Assembly (NCBI GenBank): GCA_965153455.1
Contig: OZ234493.1
Coordinates: 36,322,213 to 36,386,212, forward strand
Source: Sphagnum compactum
Lineage: Eukaryota
Length of the DNA stretch: 64,000 bases
Reading direction: 5' to 3'
Shown in pieces: positions 24,665 through 36,149 of the stretch. Each line of letters starts with the position of its first letter. Positions within the stretch are counted from its first letter, which is position 1. The position numbers and the translations under genes are program-made. Under the pieces are notes generated by a model that saw only the letters and a list, made by a program, of their open reading frames with translations, had not been told where the DNA came from and searched no databases.

Positions 24665-24905
24665 TGGAGATGGAAGTGATACTAAAACAGATGATGACAC
24701 TGACAATGGACAAAGTGGTGATGAAGAAGCATTTTTTTACACAAAAGACACACTTAAAAGTATTGGATCCATCCAGAAACAGACGTCAGTGAAGTCACTA
24801 TGGAGTTAGTTGGATTGAATTATCCAGAAGTCCATCAGAAGAAGTCTTTGCCAAAACCCAAGGAGCAGGAGAACAGCAAGTTCACTAAATCTTGCCTTCC
24901 TGAAC
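24665..24905 (+). pseudogene. Fragment of an oxysterol-binding protein-related (ORP1/2-type) gene
   Basis: DGSDTKTDDDTDNGQSGDEEAFFYTKDTL, then (frameshifted) YPEVHQKKSLPKPKEQENSKFTKSCLP, resembling ORP ...FFDTRDFL...YP.VKRRKKLPDP.EKEK...DLTKVCLP with an internal deletion. Confidence 0.6.
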
Positions 24906-25596
24906 TCTGAGGGCATTCTTACTGTTTTCATGGCTGCCTGCTTAGGTTATGGATTTCAGATGTTACAACTTGGCAGATGGGCATGTTCGGACCAATGATC
25001 TGACTAAGAGCTTCTTGGATTGGTGGTGCAGATTCATGAGCTCCTGGAATTTGGATTTGAATGTAGAAATGGGTTTGCATTTCTCCAGTAGTTTGCTTTG
25101 CAAGGGCTAATCCTGTGCAGTGATTGCAGAAAATATTCTCTCAAGTATATAGTCTTTCAATGTTGTGAGATGCAACTTCTCAAATTCATGCTTCAAAATT
25201 CTACAGTTTGTTCTCTCTCTTTTCCCCCAGAAATGGAAACACTACAATCTTCACTTTCACCTTAGATGTGTAAGGTATGTCATGTCATCTGATTTGAATC
25301 ACTTCTGAATCACAAAAGTTGGGCAGGTCATAAGGTAACAATGCAAAGCATGCACAACTCCAATGCAATGCAACAATCATACTTTAACATTATAGACTTG
25401 ATGAACAAATACAGATAAATCGGGATCCAGTAGACACTTAATGTGGTTCCCTTCCTTTTTGCACAGAGTTACAGCTTTGCTCTACCACTAAAACAGCTCA
25501 TTTGCTTCTATAGGTCCAAGATACATTGAGAAAGAAATGGACTTTGATCAATCACAATCATATGTGATTGATCAATATGTGAATGTATTTTCACTC

Positions 25597-27954
25597 TTAC
25601 CCCAATTGCTCCACTGGCTCAGATGCAGGGATTCTGTTTGTCTCATCCTGTTCTGCAAGTTCAATTGTTTTCATGTTTTGACCTTCCTCAGCATCTTGGA
25701 TCTTGTATGCTGCAAGCTCCTTCTTCTGGTTGATTGCAGTGTCATACGATGCATGCAGGCCAAACAAGAAATAGTACACTAAAATAGCAGCAGTCCAGAT
25801 TCCAAAGCGTTCGAATGACAATCTATCCAGGGTTCCAAGAAGGAAGATGTTGAGGGCGATTGAGAGAGATGGAACCCATGGCACAAGTGGAACACCCCAT
25901 ATTTTTGGTGTTCGTACTTGGGGTACAAACACAGCCAAGCCCAAGGTACCAAGAAACCAAATGGGTGAGAAAACAGCATACAGTATCCAGCCATTGGGAC
26001 TCAAACCCCAGTACATCCCAATTCCCACTGAAGCAGCAATTATCATGAAGAGGAAGAAGAAGAAAAGTACTCCATGTTTTCTGGTTGTCACTCCAGGAAT
26101 ATAGTAACGCCGCATAAGAATGCCAACGGCCACAAGGAAGAAGATGAAGAGGCTACTTAGTGAGAGTAGATTGCCAAGGATGTCTAGTGCAGTGAAGAAG
26201 GCAAGGATCGCAGATGCAGTTACCATGGTTGCTGTTGCGTGGACAGGAGTTTTTGTTCGCTTGTTCACAATCCCAAACCAAGGTGGAATTAGATGACTGC
26301 GGGCAATATGTGTGAGGTATCGAGCTTGCCCCACTGCACTTACAAGCAGCACTGTTGTAATCCCCTTCAAAGCTCCAAGAGAAACCAAATATTGTGCCCA
26401 ACTCATGCCAACTGTTTTGAATGCTAATGGGAATGGAGCATTTTGATCAATCTCTGGTGTTGGCACCATCAAGCACAATGTGAGTGCCATGAGAACGTAC
26501 AGGATTGTGCATATTGTCATTGAGCCAAGCAAACCAATAGGAATATCCCGTCCTGGATTCTTTGTTTCTTCTGCCATTGTGGACACTGCATCAAAACCTA
26601 AGTATGCAAAGAAGAGCACAGACGCTGCACTGAAGATTCCCCGAACACCGTAGGGCAAGAATGGTCTGTAATTCTCTGCTTTTGCATGTGCCAGACCTGC
26701 TATAATGACGAAGGCAATGATGAACATGTTGACAACTGTTGCAATATAGTTGAGGATTGAAGTGCCCTTTGTGCTCCAGATTGCAACTGCCCCAGTGAGA
26801 AGGAGGATCACCACTGCAATTGGGTCAAGGTCATTGTAGCCAGTTTGGAGACTGGTCGAAATCCGAAGTTGTGTTGGATCTTTGTTGATGAGAGTTGCAA
26901 AGTAGGAGGTCCAACCACGGGCAACAGCCGCACCACCAACAACATATTCAAGTACAATGTTTCCAGCACCAATGAACGCAATAAAATCCCCTAACTCAAC
27001 TCGCAAGTAGGCAAAGGATCCACCTGCACAAACCACAAAACCCCTCATGACTTGATGTTTCCAACAGACTTGTGACCTCCCTCTTGAGACTCCATGTTTG
27101 ACTAAAGAATTTATTGTCCATTCAAGCAAAGCCTGAAGCACCAAGCCCAATAGCTTTCAAACCTCTCTGAATGCACTTCATGCTAGATGTTACCAAGAGG
27201 CAGTACTACCTATCTTACAGTACCTGTCCCTTCTCTATCCTTCTTCATGTGTGTAATTTCTTTATGTTTGCAGAAGGTTTCTCTTGACATCTTGTCTGTG
27301 TCCCTTTTGAATTCCAGAAACCTGAAGGATGTCCCATATTCCAAAGAAGGCAAGTAAATTCTTTCAGCTGTTGAGTTTCTCTGTTGTTGCTGCAGTTTTT
27401 TGGAGCGTCCATCTCCTGGAGTTATCTTACATTCATAAGGAGAATAACTTTTTCCAGGTGTTGAAGCTCGGGGAGCTTGAAAACCAGTGGTTTGATATAA
27501 GGAGGGCTTGTGTGATCAGAAGAGAAGAAAAGCTTGGTTTGATAGAAGCCTAGGTCGTGTGCATGATGAACAGAGAAGAAAGAAAAAGCTTACCAGCCAC
27601 AGGAATCTCGACAGCGAACTCGGTGTAGCAGAACACGGAGAGCATGGCGGAGATTCCCGCCAGCGCGTAGGAGATGATGATGGCAGGCCCTGCTACTCCG
27701 TTGGCTTCCTGTCCTGTGAGGACGAAGATGCCCGCCCCGATGACGGCACCCACGCCAAACCACATGAGATCCCACCAGGTGAGCGTCCGCTTCATGGCGG
27801 CTCCGCTGCGACGCTTGATCTCTATCTCCTCCTCCACATTCGTTCGAGCTAGAAACCTGTCTTTCAGCCTTTCCGGAGTTGCGAACAACGCCCTCTTGTA
27901 GTTGGGGAAGCTCTGGAACGACTCCTCAGGTAACCATAAGCTCTCTTTCTCCAT
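25597..27954 (-). CDS. CAT: Cationic amino acid transporter (APC superfamily, CAT1/5/8-like), about 595 aa; exons 27954-27594 and 27023-25597
   Basis: PEESFQS, TLTWWDLMWFGVGAVIGAGIFV, YTEFAVEIPVAGGSFAYLRVELG, FAYLGFDAVSTMAEETKNPGRDIPIG, WGVPLVPWVPSLSI and many hydrophobic segments. A phase-1 GTAAG...TGCAG intron gives an intact 1788-nt CDS. An acceptor-like site at about 27990 means an upstream exon is possible. Confidence 0.95.
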
Positions 27955-28312
27955 GACGTTTACGGCTAAACGAGTACTGCGATCTTCAAGCTGCAAGAAG
28001 GAAGTCTACGGATCTCTCTCGAGCTTGTTACGCTGGTTCCTGTCCCAAAACAAGTTGATATAAGAGCCCGAATTGATTATTTCCTCCATGTACTCACACC
28101 TCTGTTTCATCACATGAAGTGCTCCATTCAAGCTCTTGCGAAACCGGAACAACAATCCAGTAAAGAATCTACTAGTCAAGAGCAACAACAACAACACTTG
28201 GAGAAAGAAATGAAACTGTCGATCTCATTGTCAACGGAGAGCAAGAGGTGCAGTTCTAACTGGGAGGCTCGAAATATTAGAGAGACCACAGAGCATGATG
28301 CACCGCATGCCG

Positions 28313-28315
<3 letters not shown>

Positions 28316-28346
<31 letters not shown>
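28316..28346. repeat. (CT)n microsatellite upstream of CAT
   Basis: Uninterrupted CT run. Confidence 0.95.
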
Positions 28347-28351
<5 letters not shown>

Positions 28352-28768
28352 CCATTACTCAAGCGAGAATAAAAATCCTAATTGATCGCGAGGACTACAA
28401 TTCTTTCCTGCAATTGGGTTGTGAAGAAGAAACCAACCTCGGTATTTATCCAGATCTCGCAGAAAATCCCAGCTGGTTGTTGTCCGGAGCTTTCTCTGTC
28501 CGTCGGAATTCCAGCTTCAAGTACTCACGAAGAGGCTCGCCCGGTGCATGCCGCAGCACCACAGCGAGAGTTCTCCCTCCGGAAAAATCAGCATGACCGG
28601 TTAGCAGCAGATTGTTACAGCAGCAACTCAAAAGCGGGATCAGTGTCTTGGAGAAGAAATTTTTCCCATCTGATCAGGAGGAAACTCAGGAATTCTTTGC
28701 GTCAACAGAAAGGGCTCAGATCATGCGGTATAATATATATGGAATTCTAGATGTGATGCAGCTGCACC

Positions 28769-28788
28769 TGGGGGGGGGGGGGGGGGGG
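28769..28788. repeat. Poly-G tract (about 20 nt)
   Basis: Homopolymer run directly visible. Confidence 0.9.
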
Positions 28789-28986
28789 TCTCTTCTCTGC
28801 CGAGTGGTTCTCCAGAAAAGAAACTTGTAAAATGATGCTTCACATGAGGAGCTAGCAACTACTACTGCACCTTGAAGAAATGGTCAGGGAAATGAATGGC
28901 AGAACGGCAGAATTGTGCAACCAACTAGCAGCCTTGTTCAACGAAGAAAAGAGAGCTGAATATCAGACTGTACCATTATCATCAAA

Positions 28987-29207
28987 AACAACAACAACAA
29001 CAACAACAACAAAAGCGTTTGGGAAGAAAGCTTGAAGGAAGAATATGGAGCTGAAAATCAGACTATAACATCATCAACAACGACAACAATAACTGTTTTT
29101 GCAAGAAATTAGGAAGACAATTAGACACATACAAAGGTGAGATTATCTCACCTAATTGGATGCTGCCTTTCTTCTTCTTCTTCTTCTTCTTCTTCATCAT
29201 CATCATC
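28987..29207. repeat. (AAC)n at about 28987-29012 and (TTC)n-(ATC)n at about 29169-29207 microsatellites
   Basis: Trinucleotide runs directly visible. Confidence 0.9.
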
Positions 29208-32200
29208 CTAGAGGATGACATTGAGAGGTAGTCTACTTGTCATCATCCAGGTTCCTTGTTCCTTCCTTGTTCATTTGATGACAGGTGGTGGTGGACCACC
29301 ACCACCTTTTTCTTAAGTTCATCCTGGGCGGCAGGGTCATGAAGTATGAATGTCTCCAAGTCGGTTCAAGGATTTTTCTTTGGGAAATGATTCACCCAGA
29401 AAACTGTGTTTGGGTTAAGCACAAGACTTAGACTTCTGTTCACAGCTTTTTTTCCTTTCTTCTAAAGACTTTCTGAAAAACTGTTTGATCCTCCCCAGTT
29501 ACCTAACTGTTGAGAGATAAGTTAATGTCTCAAGTTGTTTTTCAGCACATGGACTTGTAAGAAGAGCATCATGGCTAAATGGGTTTTTTTAATTTATTTT
29601 GTTGGCACTGCTTTCTAGGGAGAGACTACTAGGGAACAATGTTGTTGTCCCCTTGGTCTCACATATTGAGCAATGTTCAGCATGTGCCTTCGCAATTCTT
29701 CAGTGAGCTGCCATGCTTAGTCACAGTTCTTCAAACTCTTTCACACATACCTGCTAGTGCACCTTCATCACTAGCTGATTTGTGGCAGAGGATGCTTTTT
29801 TAAGGCATTAGACCTTCTACTTCATTACTACTGTTTTGATTGTTTTGATTTTCTTTTCGTGTGTTTACATTTGCTTCAACATGCCTTGTACTTTTTGTGG
29901 ATTGGTTTCCATCCTTGTTTATATATATATATATATAAGGGTACTTTCTCTCTAATATTGTGAGTTCATTTTTTGAGAACTTCATGGAACATTTCCTGTT
30001 TTAAATGTTGCTGGTTCGAACTTGTCATTAGAGTCTTTCTTTCTTTCTTTCTTTTAATTTAACGTCAATACCCGGACCAGAGAGATCCATTTGACGACTA
30101 TTACCTAGTTGATTTGAGCAAAACACTCCTGTTGTCTAGGCAAGAAACTAAGTACAAAGCTACCGCTTTCTGAGTAACGGAATGCATAAATTCAGGCAGT
30201 AAGCTGCACGGTGTCAACTGTTTCCCTAGCTGTTGACCAAACTTGCAAGGAATGTCATGGTGAGCTGGGCACACTAGCAACAGGTGGTCTTCATCCTCAA
30301 CAGCTCCTAGGCAACTCAGAGCTGATGAGCTGCTCTTTTTTTTTTTAAATCATTTTTTTCCTTTGCAGGCATGGAAATGGAGATTCTAGTCATTCACCAG
30401 CTGAATATACACATGCTCCAGTCCCTGCCATTTAGCCCAGGTCAAAAATGGTCACAAATGGTGTGAAGAATAGAATTTTTCAAATGACTATCAAACATGC
30501 TGTTGAAAGGGTTAGTATTTTTATTTTGTGAAGAAAAGGGTGGAGTGTGACCATTTCTTTTGGTCTTGGGGTAGGATGAAGCAAATATTCGCCTTGCCTT
30601 GGTGAAAAGAGCCACCTTATTGAGGTAACATCATAGCTACATCAGTGAGGTGAATCTTAGATGATTCAGATGTATGTAGTCGTTCTTCTTTTTCTTTTCT
30701 AGACCTCCTTGAGTCCTTGTCTTTCCCAAGCACCTTTATTTGTCTCATATTGTTTGGACACAATTCAACTTGCATGTATATAATTTGTAAAAGGGAGGAT
30801 CAAAGGGAAGGTATAGTAGTATAACTTTACCATTGCGGCCATAATTAGAATAATAATAATAAAATTCAAATTTTCAAAAACTTTTCAAGCTGCTTTGTCA
30901 AAAGTTTCAAAAAAAATTAACTTTTAAATTTCGAAATTTATGGCTCATATGTTCATTTGTCCATGAGCACCTCCTGATTCCAATAACAAGTACTTACCTG
31001 AAATTAATACTTGTTTTAAATCATCACAATTAACTGACTCACTAGTTTAGCAGCATTTAAACTATCTACTTATTAGTACCAACTTAACTACATAAATACC
31101 TATTTGTAATAATATATGAGTGGAGAAGTTGAAGGGTTGAAGTGAAGAAGTGAAAAATAAAAAAATATTTTTCTGAACTATTTCAAAATGGTAAAGATAC
31201 TGCAATATTGAGCTTCTATTTTGAGGAGTTGGTGGAGCAAAAGGGATTCTCCTGTTAGGAATTGTCCACACTTGCGACAAAATTGACGATGGGTCAATCA
31301 ATTTCACAATTCCAATATTAAAAAAAAGCAATTGTGGGCTCACCCATGAACTAATTAATTGAAGGCAGTATATACTACCATGCACAATAATACCTATGAT
31401 AATTCAGTGGCCATCAATACTACAAGAAATTTGGAGTCCAACAAACTGGTGTGAGCCAGATCTCCACAATGGCCATCTTGTTGATTGTTTCCAGTTAGTC
31501 TGTGTTTTTTTTAAGGTTCCTCCCTGCTAGTGCAGCACTTCAACATGAAGGGTTTTTTTTGCTGCTGGATACTTGCATTACTGTTAGTTGTTAGAATGTC
31601 CAAAAGAGCAAAGCCAATTCCATTGGTAGTGAAGGTGGCATGGGAAAAAACATAGATATTTGTTGAAGTGTTTTGAAAGAGAAACACAGTGGAGTGGAAA
31701 GGAGATGGCATTAATTTGGTGAAGTAAAGAGCCTCCATCTCAATTGTGCTTGGGACAACAAAATCAAGTCAATTGTGAACCTATTAATACTAGATAATGT
31801 ACAAATTGTGTGGGGAGGTTGATTGCTTTAGTGAGCTTCCCATTCTCCCCACCACCCCCAAATGAAAATCAAAGAAAGAAAAACTCCAACAAGTCATACC
31901 AAATTGTTCTCATTTTTGGCCAATAAAAAAGTTGCGAACAGACTATGCACTTTTGTCCCCCAATTGTCAAAAAGAGAAAGGAGGGGGGAAAAAAATCCAT
32001 GATATTGGGACCACAAGCTAAATTGGTCAACAAAAAGTTATAGGAATGTTGGTGCCAAAGGGTAAATTTGTCAAGGTTGTGGGCATGGGAACCTAGGGGT
32101 TTTGTGAGAAGAATTAGAGAGAAGTACAATGCCCACTTTTACAATAGTACAAAGTGTCCACCTTCAAAAATAAAAAGGAGAATAAATGCTTGCTGTGAGG

Positions 32201-32216
32201 ATAAAAACAACACTTA

Positions 32217-32516
32217 GGCGCTTTTTACACTAAGAGTCAGGGCCAAAAAAATTTGGGGCTAACTTTGAGCATTTTTTGGGTTGCAAATTGGCCCCAAGTT
32301 ACTAATAAATGCTAGAACATTGACGTCAGGATATTAATAAATGTTGGAACATTAGCCTCAAGGGTTGCAAATTGGCCTCCCAAATTTGATGGTATCCTTT
32401 TTTTTCAGCCTTGGGGCCAATACAAAGCCATAAAGTTCAGCATTTTATTAGTAACTTGGGGCAGATTGAAAAGTTTTTCTCTATTTCAGCCTTGACTCCT
32501 AGTGTAAAGCCGGCCC
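32217..32516. mobile_element. 300-bp MITE-like foldback element (Tourist/PIF-Harbinger-like)
   Basis: Left end GGCGCTTTTTACACTAAGAGTCAGGGC versus reverse complement of right end GGGCCGGCTTTACACTAGGAGTCAAGGC. Internal inverted pair GCCCCAAGTTACTAATAAATGCT (about 32291) / AGCATTTTATTAGTAACTTGGGG (about 32439-32461). Flanks TTA and TAT are an imperfect 3-bp TSD. Confidence 0.7.
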
Positions 32517-32826
32517 TATTCCCACTTTGGTAAAGTAGTCTTTGTATTCTTCTTCTTCCAGGCATGCTCACTGCTCAAATAGAAATGGAATTTTATCATA
32601 AAAATATCATGGTTTCAATTGCCAAGCTCTCATCTGCCTCATGTACACCATGATAGCATTTCACTTCCTTGCACAAATGTTATCACACTTGGACTTTTAA
32701 AGTAGAAGGGGGTGATGGTTTTGATTGAGTTTCAGAAGTTGCAAGCTTCTATTATTCTAAGTCCAAGTCTCATGGCTTGTGCTTGGCTTGTGCATCAGAA
32801 CAACTGCAACTCAATGACCCAACACC

Positions 32827-33148
32827 TTTATTGGCCTTGCCTACCAAGGCAAGGATATTGTGTTTAGATTCATTATAGAGTATAATAGCTTAAGGGCTTT
32901 TGGTCCCTAGGTAATAGGTCTATTTTTATATGTGGATTTTTGAAAGATGATATTTTGGCTTGTGTTGAAACTTGAGATTAATTACAGAGTCATAATATCT
33001 TGAAGGATTTTGGTTTCTTTTAGAGAATTTTTTAAGATTACATTTTTGCATGATGCAATATTTGAATTTCCATAAATCTTCTTCTGCCTTAAGATACTTT
33101 TTAATTAACATGGCAAGGCCACAGTGTGACACACCCCTTGTTTCGGAT
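32827..33148 (+). repeat. Dispersed repeat copy A (inverted relative to copy B at 41330-41562)
   Basis: TTTATTGGCCTTGCCTACCAAGGCAAGG...TTGTGTTTAGATTCATTAT...CCCTAGGTAATAGGTCTAT...TTTTTGAAAGATGATATTTTGGCTT...ATGGCAAGGCCACAGTGTGACA matches the reverse complement of copy B, with about 85 extra bp in copy A. Confidence 0.85.
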
Positions 33149-36100
33149 AGGGTTGCTACTTGTTATGGGTTAGTGTTATGGATGCAAGATAGAGAGGAGA
33201 CGAATGACTTAGTACACATTCATAAACAAGAGCCTCTTCATCATTCAGCTACTGCCCCTCATGGGTATGGGCTCTATGCTAGTTACATCCAAGTAAATCT
33301 AGGGCTAGTGTAGGCAGTTGAAAGTGGGGTTGAGTAATGGGGGAAGTAGAAAAGGGTAGGGTTTTGAAGGGCCAATGGCCTTATGAATTGGCCTTCAAGG
33401 GAGGTCATGCTTTGATTTGCGGTTATTGAGGATGATGAAATATAGTGATTGGATGAGATTTAGGTGTATGTGGATTTGTAAAAAAATTATGGTGAGAGTG
33501 AGATGTGGAATCATGCTTGTAAAGAGGAGGATGTGTGCAAGGGTATTCCTTTGCTTTGACCAACAGTGAGGACTATGAGGGATCCAATAGTCATCTTTGT
33601 GAGTGGAAGGTGCTCAAGAGAGGGTTGCATTCCTTGAGTTCTTGAGTGATAGCAACTTTTGGGAATTTGTTGTGACAATATTTGAAGTCAAGGGATTGGA
33701 TGCAAATTGAAGGGGTGAGATTGGTAGAAAGGGGAGGATATTTGGGAGTAATTGGACAAGACAAGAGCATTTTGAGTGAGAAAAAAACCACAAAAGCAAC
33801 CAAGGGGCACTGTGGTTGAAAAATCAACTAAAGCAATCGGAAGCATCTTCATCTAGTAGAATGGTGAGTGAGGAGGAATTGTCAGATGTGCCATAACATA
33901 CACCCATATTTCCCTTTTCTTTTCATTATCTTAGGTCAAAAATGATGATGCACAATTTTTTTAAATAATAATTTCTTGCAACCAATAAATTTTTTTAACA
34001 TGCACTCATGAAGGTCTAGTTTTTTTTTCTTTTGATTCTTTATTTTCTTGTATTTAGGCTACGTATTTCATTACATGTGAATGGTGTAAACCAATGTTGG
34101 GCTGGTATCAAGAAAATGATGAGAACTGCCGATGTTTTCAAGCTGTTTTCAAGCCGATTCTCACCTTGAAGACCAACAAATATCACAACTAGCAATATAG
34201 GCCATATAATATCCACCTCATTCTGACACCAATGAAAATTGGTACCATGAGATGGTATTTTTCCAAAAACTTGATACTCAAGTCAAGTAAGGTAATGGAA
34301 AACACCTAAGTTTGGTTTTCAGTTTTAAGGGTCTAGTATAGGTCATAGGTAGGGCCTTAGAGTCTAAGATGGTTGGTGAAGTTTCTAAATAGGTTTTTAG
34401 ACTACAGTTTCTAAGTTTTTATATTTTTAGGCTTTATAGTTTTCAAAAGTTTCCAATTAAGGTATCCAAGGAAATAGGGTTTAGTTCTTAGGTTAGTGGC
34501 AATGCAATAGGTATATCTTACAAAGAGGCGCTTCACAAAGATAAATGGCACCAAACACTTTTCATGCCTTTGACATTATTATTCATTCCCCAACTTTATT
34601 TTCCGCTCCTCTAGCCCTATTCTTTACATTTTCAACTTTGTTCTTTGAGCTTTACTCTTTGCACCTCCAGCCTTGCTCTTCATCCCCCTAGCCATGCTTC
34701 AGCCTTGTTCTTTTCACCTCTTCACTTTTCAACTTTTTTCCTCAAGCCTTGGATCTGCTTGGGGGTTACTTGCAATTGCCTAGCTCTTGTATCTCTACTC
34801 TGAATGCTTGCTCCTTTGCATGTACATAGTCCCCCCCCCCTTTCTGCCGAGTGCAAGTTTCAAGTCTAGGTGTCTTGGTTGTTATTGGATTAGTACAACT
34901 CAAGCTTTGAATCAATTTTATTTTTTAAAATACATTATTAGTTAGCTTGTTTGATAATGATGTTTGTTGGTTTGTGGTATTGGTGTTTTTTTTTGGTTTC
35001 TATTTATTATTTTGATTATTTGTTTTGTGTTTTTTTTAATGTTTCTTTGTTTATATATTTTTTTGAAAAAATAAAATAAATAAATAAACAATATAAACAA
35101 ACAAAACATTTCATGCTTTGCACACTTTTGGTCATAGTGCGAATATAATTATAGTTATTTGGACTTTTCGATGGGATATAAATCCCTAAGTGAGGTCATT
35201 CAATTTAATTTTTTGGATTTGAGATCACACCATTTTCTCATGTTGTGTTGTGTCAAAAGCTATATATCATGAATTTCACAATTTATCTTAGCAAGAAAAA
35301 ACTTACAAAAATGAAAATCGATAGAAAGAAAAAGGTTGTTTTGGGTGAAAGCACATTACGGTGTAAACAATTTTAGAGAAAACTAAGACTACATATAGTA
35401 TAAAAAATAATAACATGTAAGATTTCACTCATTTTAAATTTTTTTTTAAATCACATGTAGTTCATTTGAGCTTCAAACATAAAATAAGTTATTAAACCCA
35501 TCATATATAATTGATTGGTAGTTGTATTATTGTTTAAAAATAAACTAATAATTTTATAAACATTGATTTAAAACCCCTATTTTATCATAGATTATCATTT
35601 TTTATTAATTTTGAAAATCCATTTTTTTATTTGAAATGGTAAAAACAACACTTAACCCATTTACATCTTCAATGGAAGAACATTTTACAACCTTAAAATA
35701 TCAAAAATTTCATCATTATAACATCATAATGTACTAACAAATGTTTTTAAGACATTTGATATGAATTTCACAACTTGAACAGAAATTGAAAATTTTAAAG
35801 AAAAAAATTCTTTTTCATGGTTGTCTTTTTACATGTGCAAAATTTCATGGATAAACTACCATTAAATCTAATCCTTCGTAATCATTTTGTATCATTGCAA
35901 CATTGTGATAGGGCTATTGCAAAGTGAAAATGTACTCCAATTACTAATTAATTTGTTCATATTTGCTCCAATTTCATGATACAATGATATATTGGGATGT
36001 AAACCACCATTAATTGAAAATTTTATTCACAAAATGTTTTCCAAACATCCACCATGATATATCAAGGTTCCACAAGTATCAAAAATATTAAACTATCATA

Positions 36101-36149
36101 GTTTTTTGTTTACACCATAATGTGCTTTCACCCTTTTCTCTAAGTTGTG

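Noticed and set aside
27024..27150. N-terminal 42 aa of the 517-aa ORF (MGLVLQALL...)
   Set aside because: Intron read-through; the true exon starts at the acceptor at 27023.
19003..27954. P450 plus transporter as a biosynthetic gene cluster
   Set aside because: No scaffold-forming enzyme is nearby, and CAT is a general amino acid permease.
28114..28830. Plus-strand ORFs upstream of CAT (160, 122 and 72 aa)
   Set aside because: They run through microsatellites and poly-G, lack motifs, and lie in the likely UTR or promoter of CAT.
33300..33900. Purine-rich plus-strand stretch as a possible TE ORF relic
   Set aside because: No diagnostic motif could be read in any frame.
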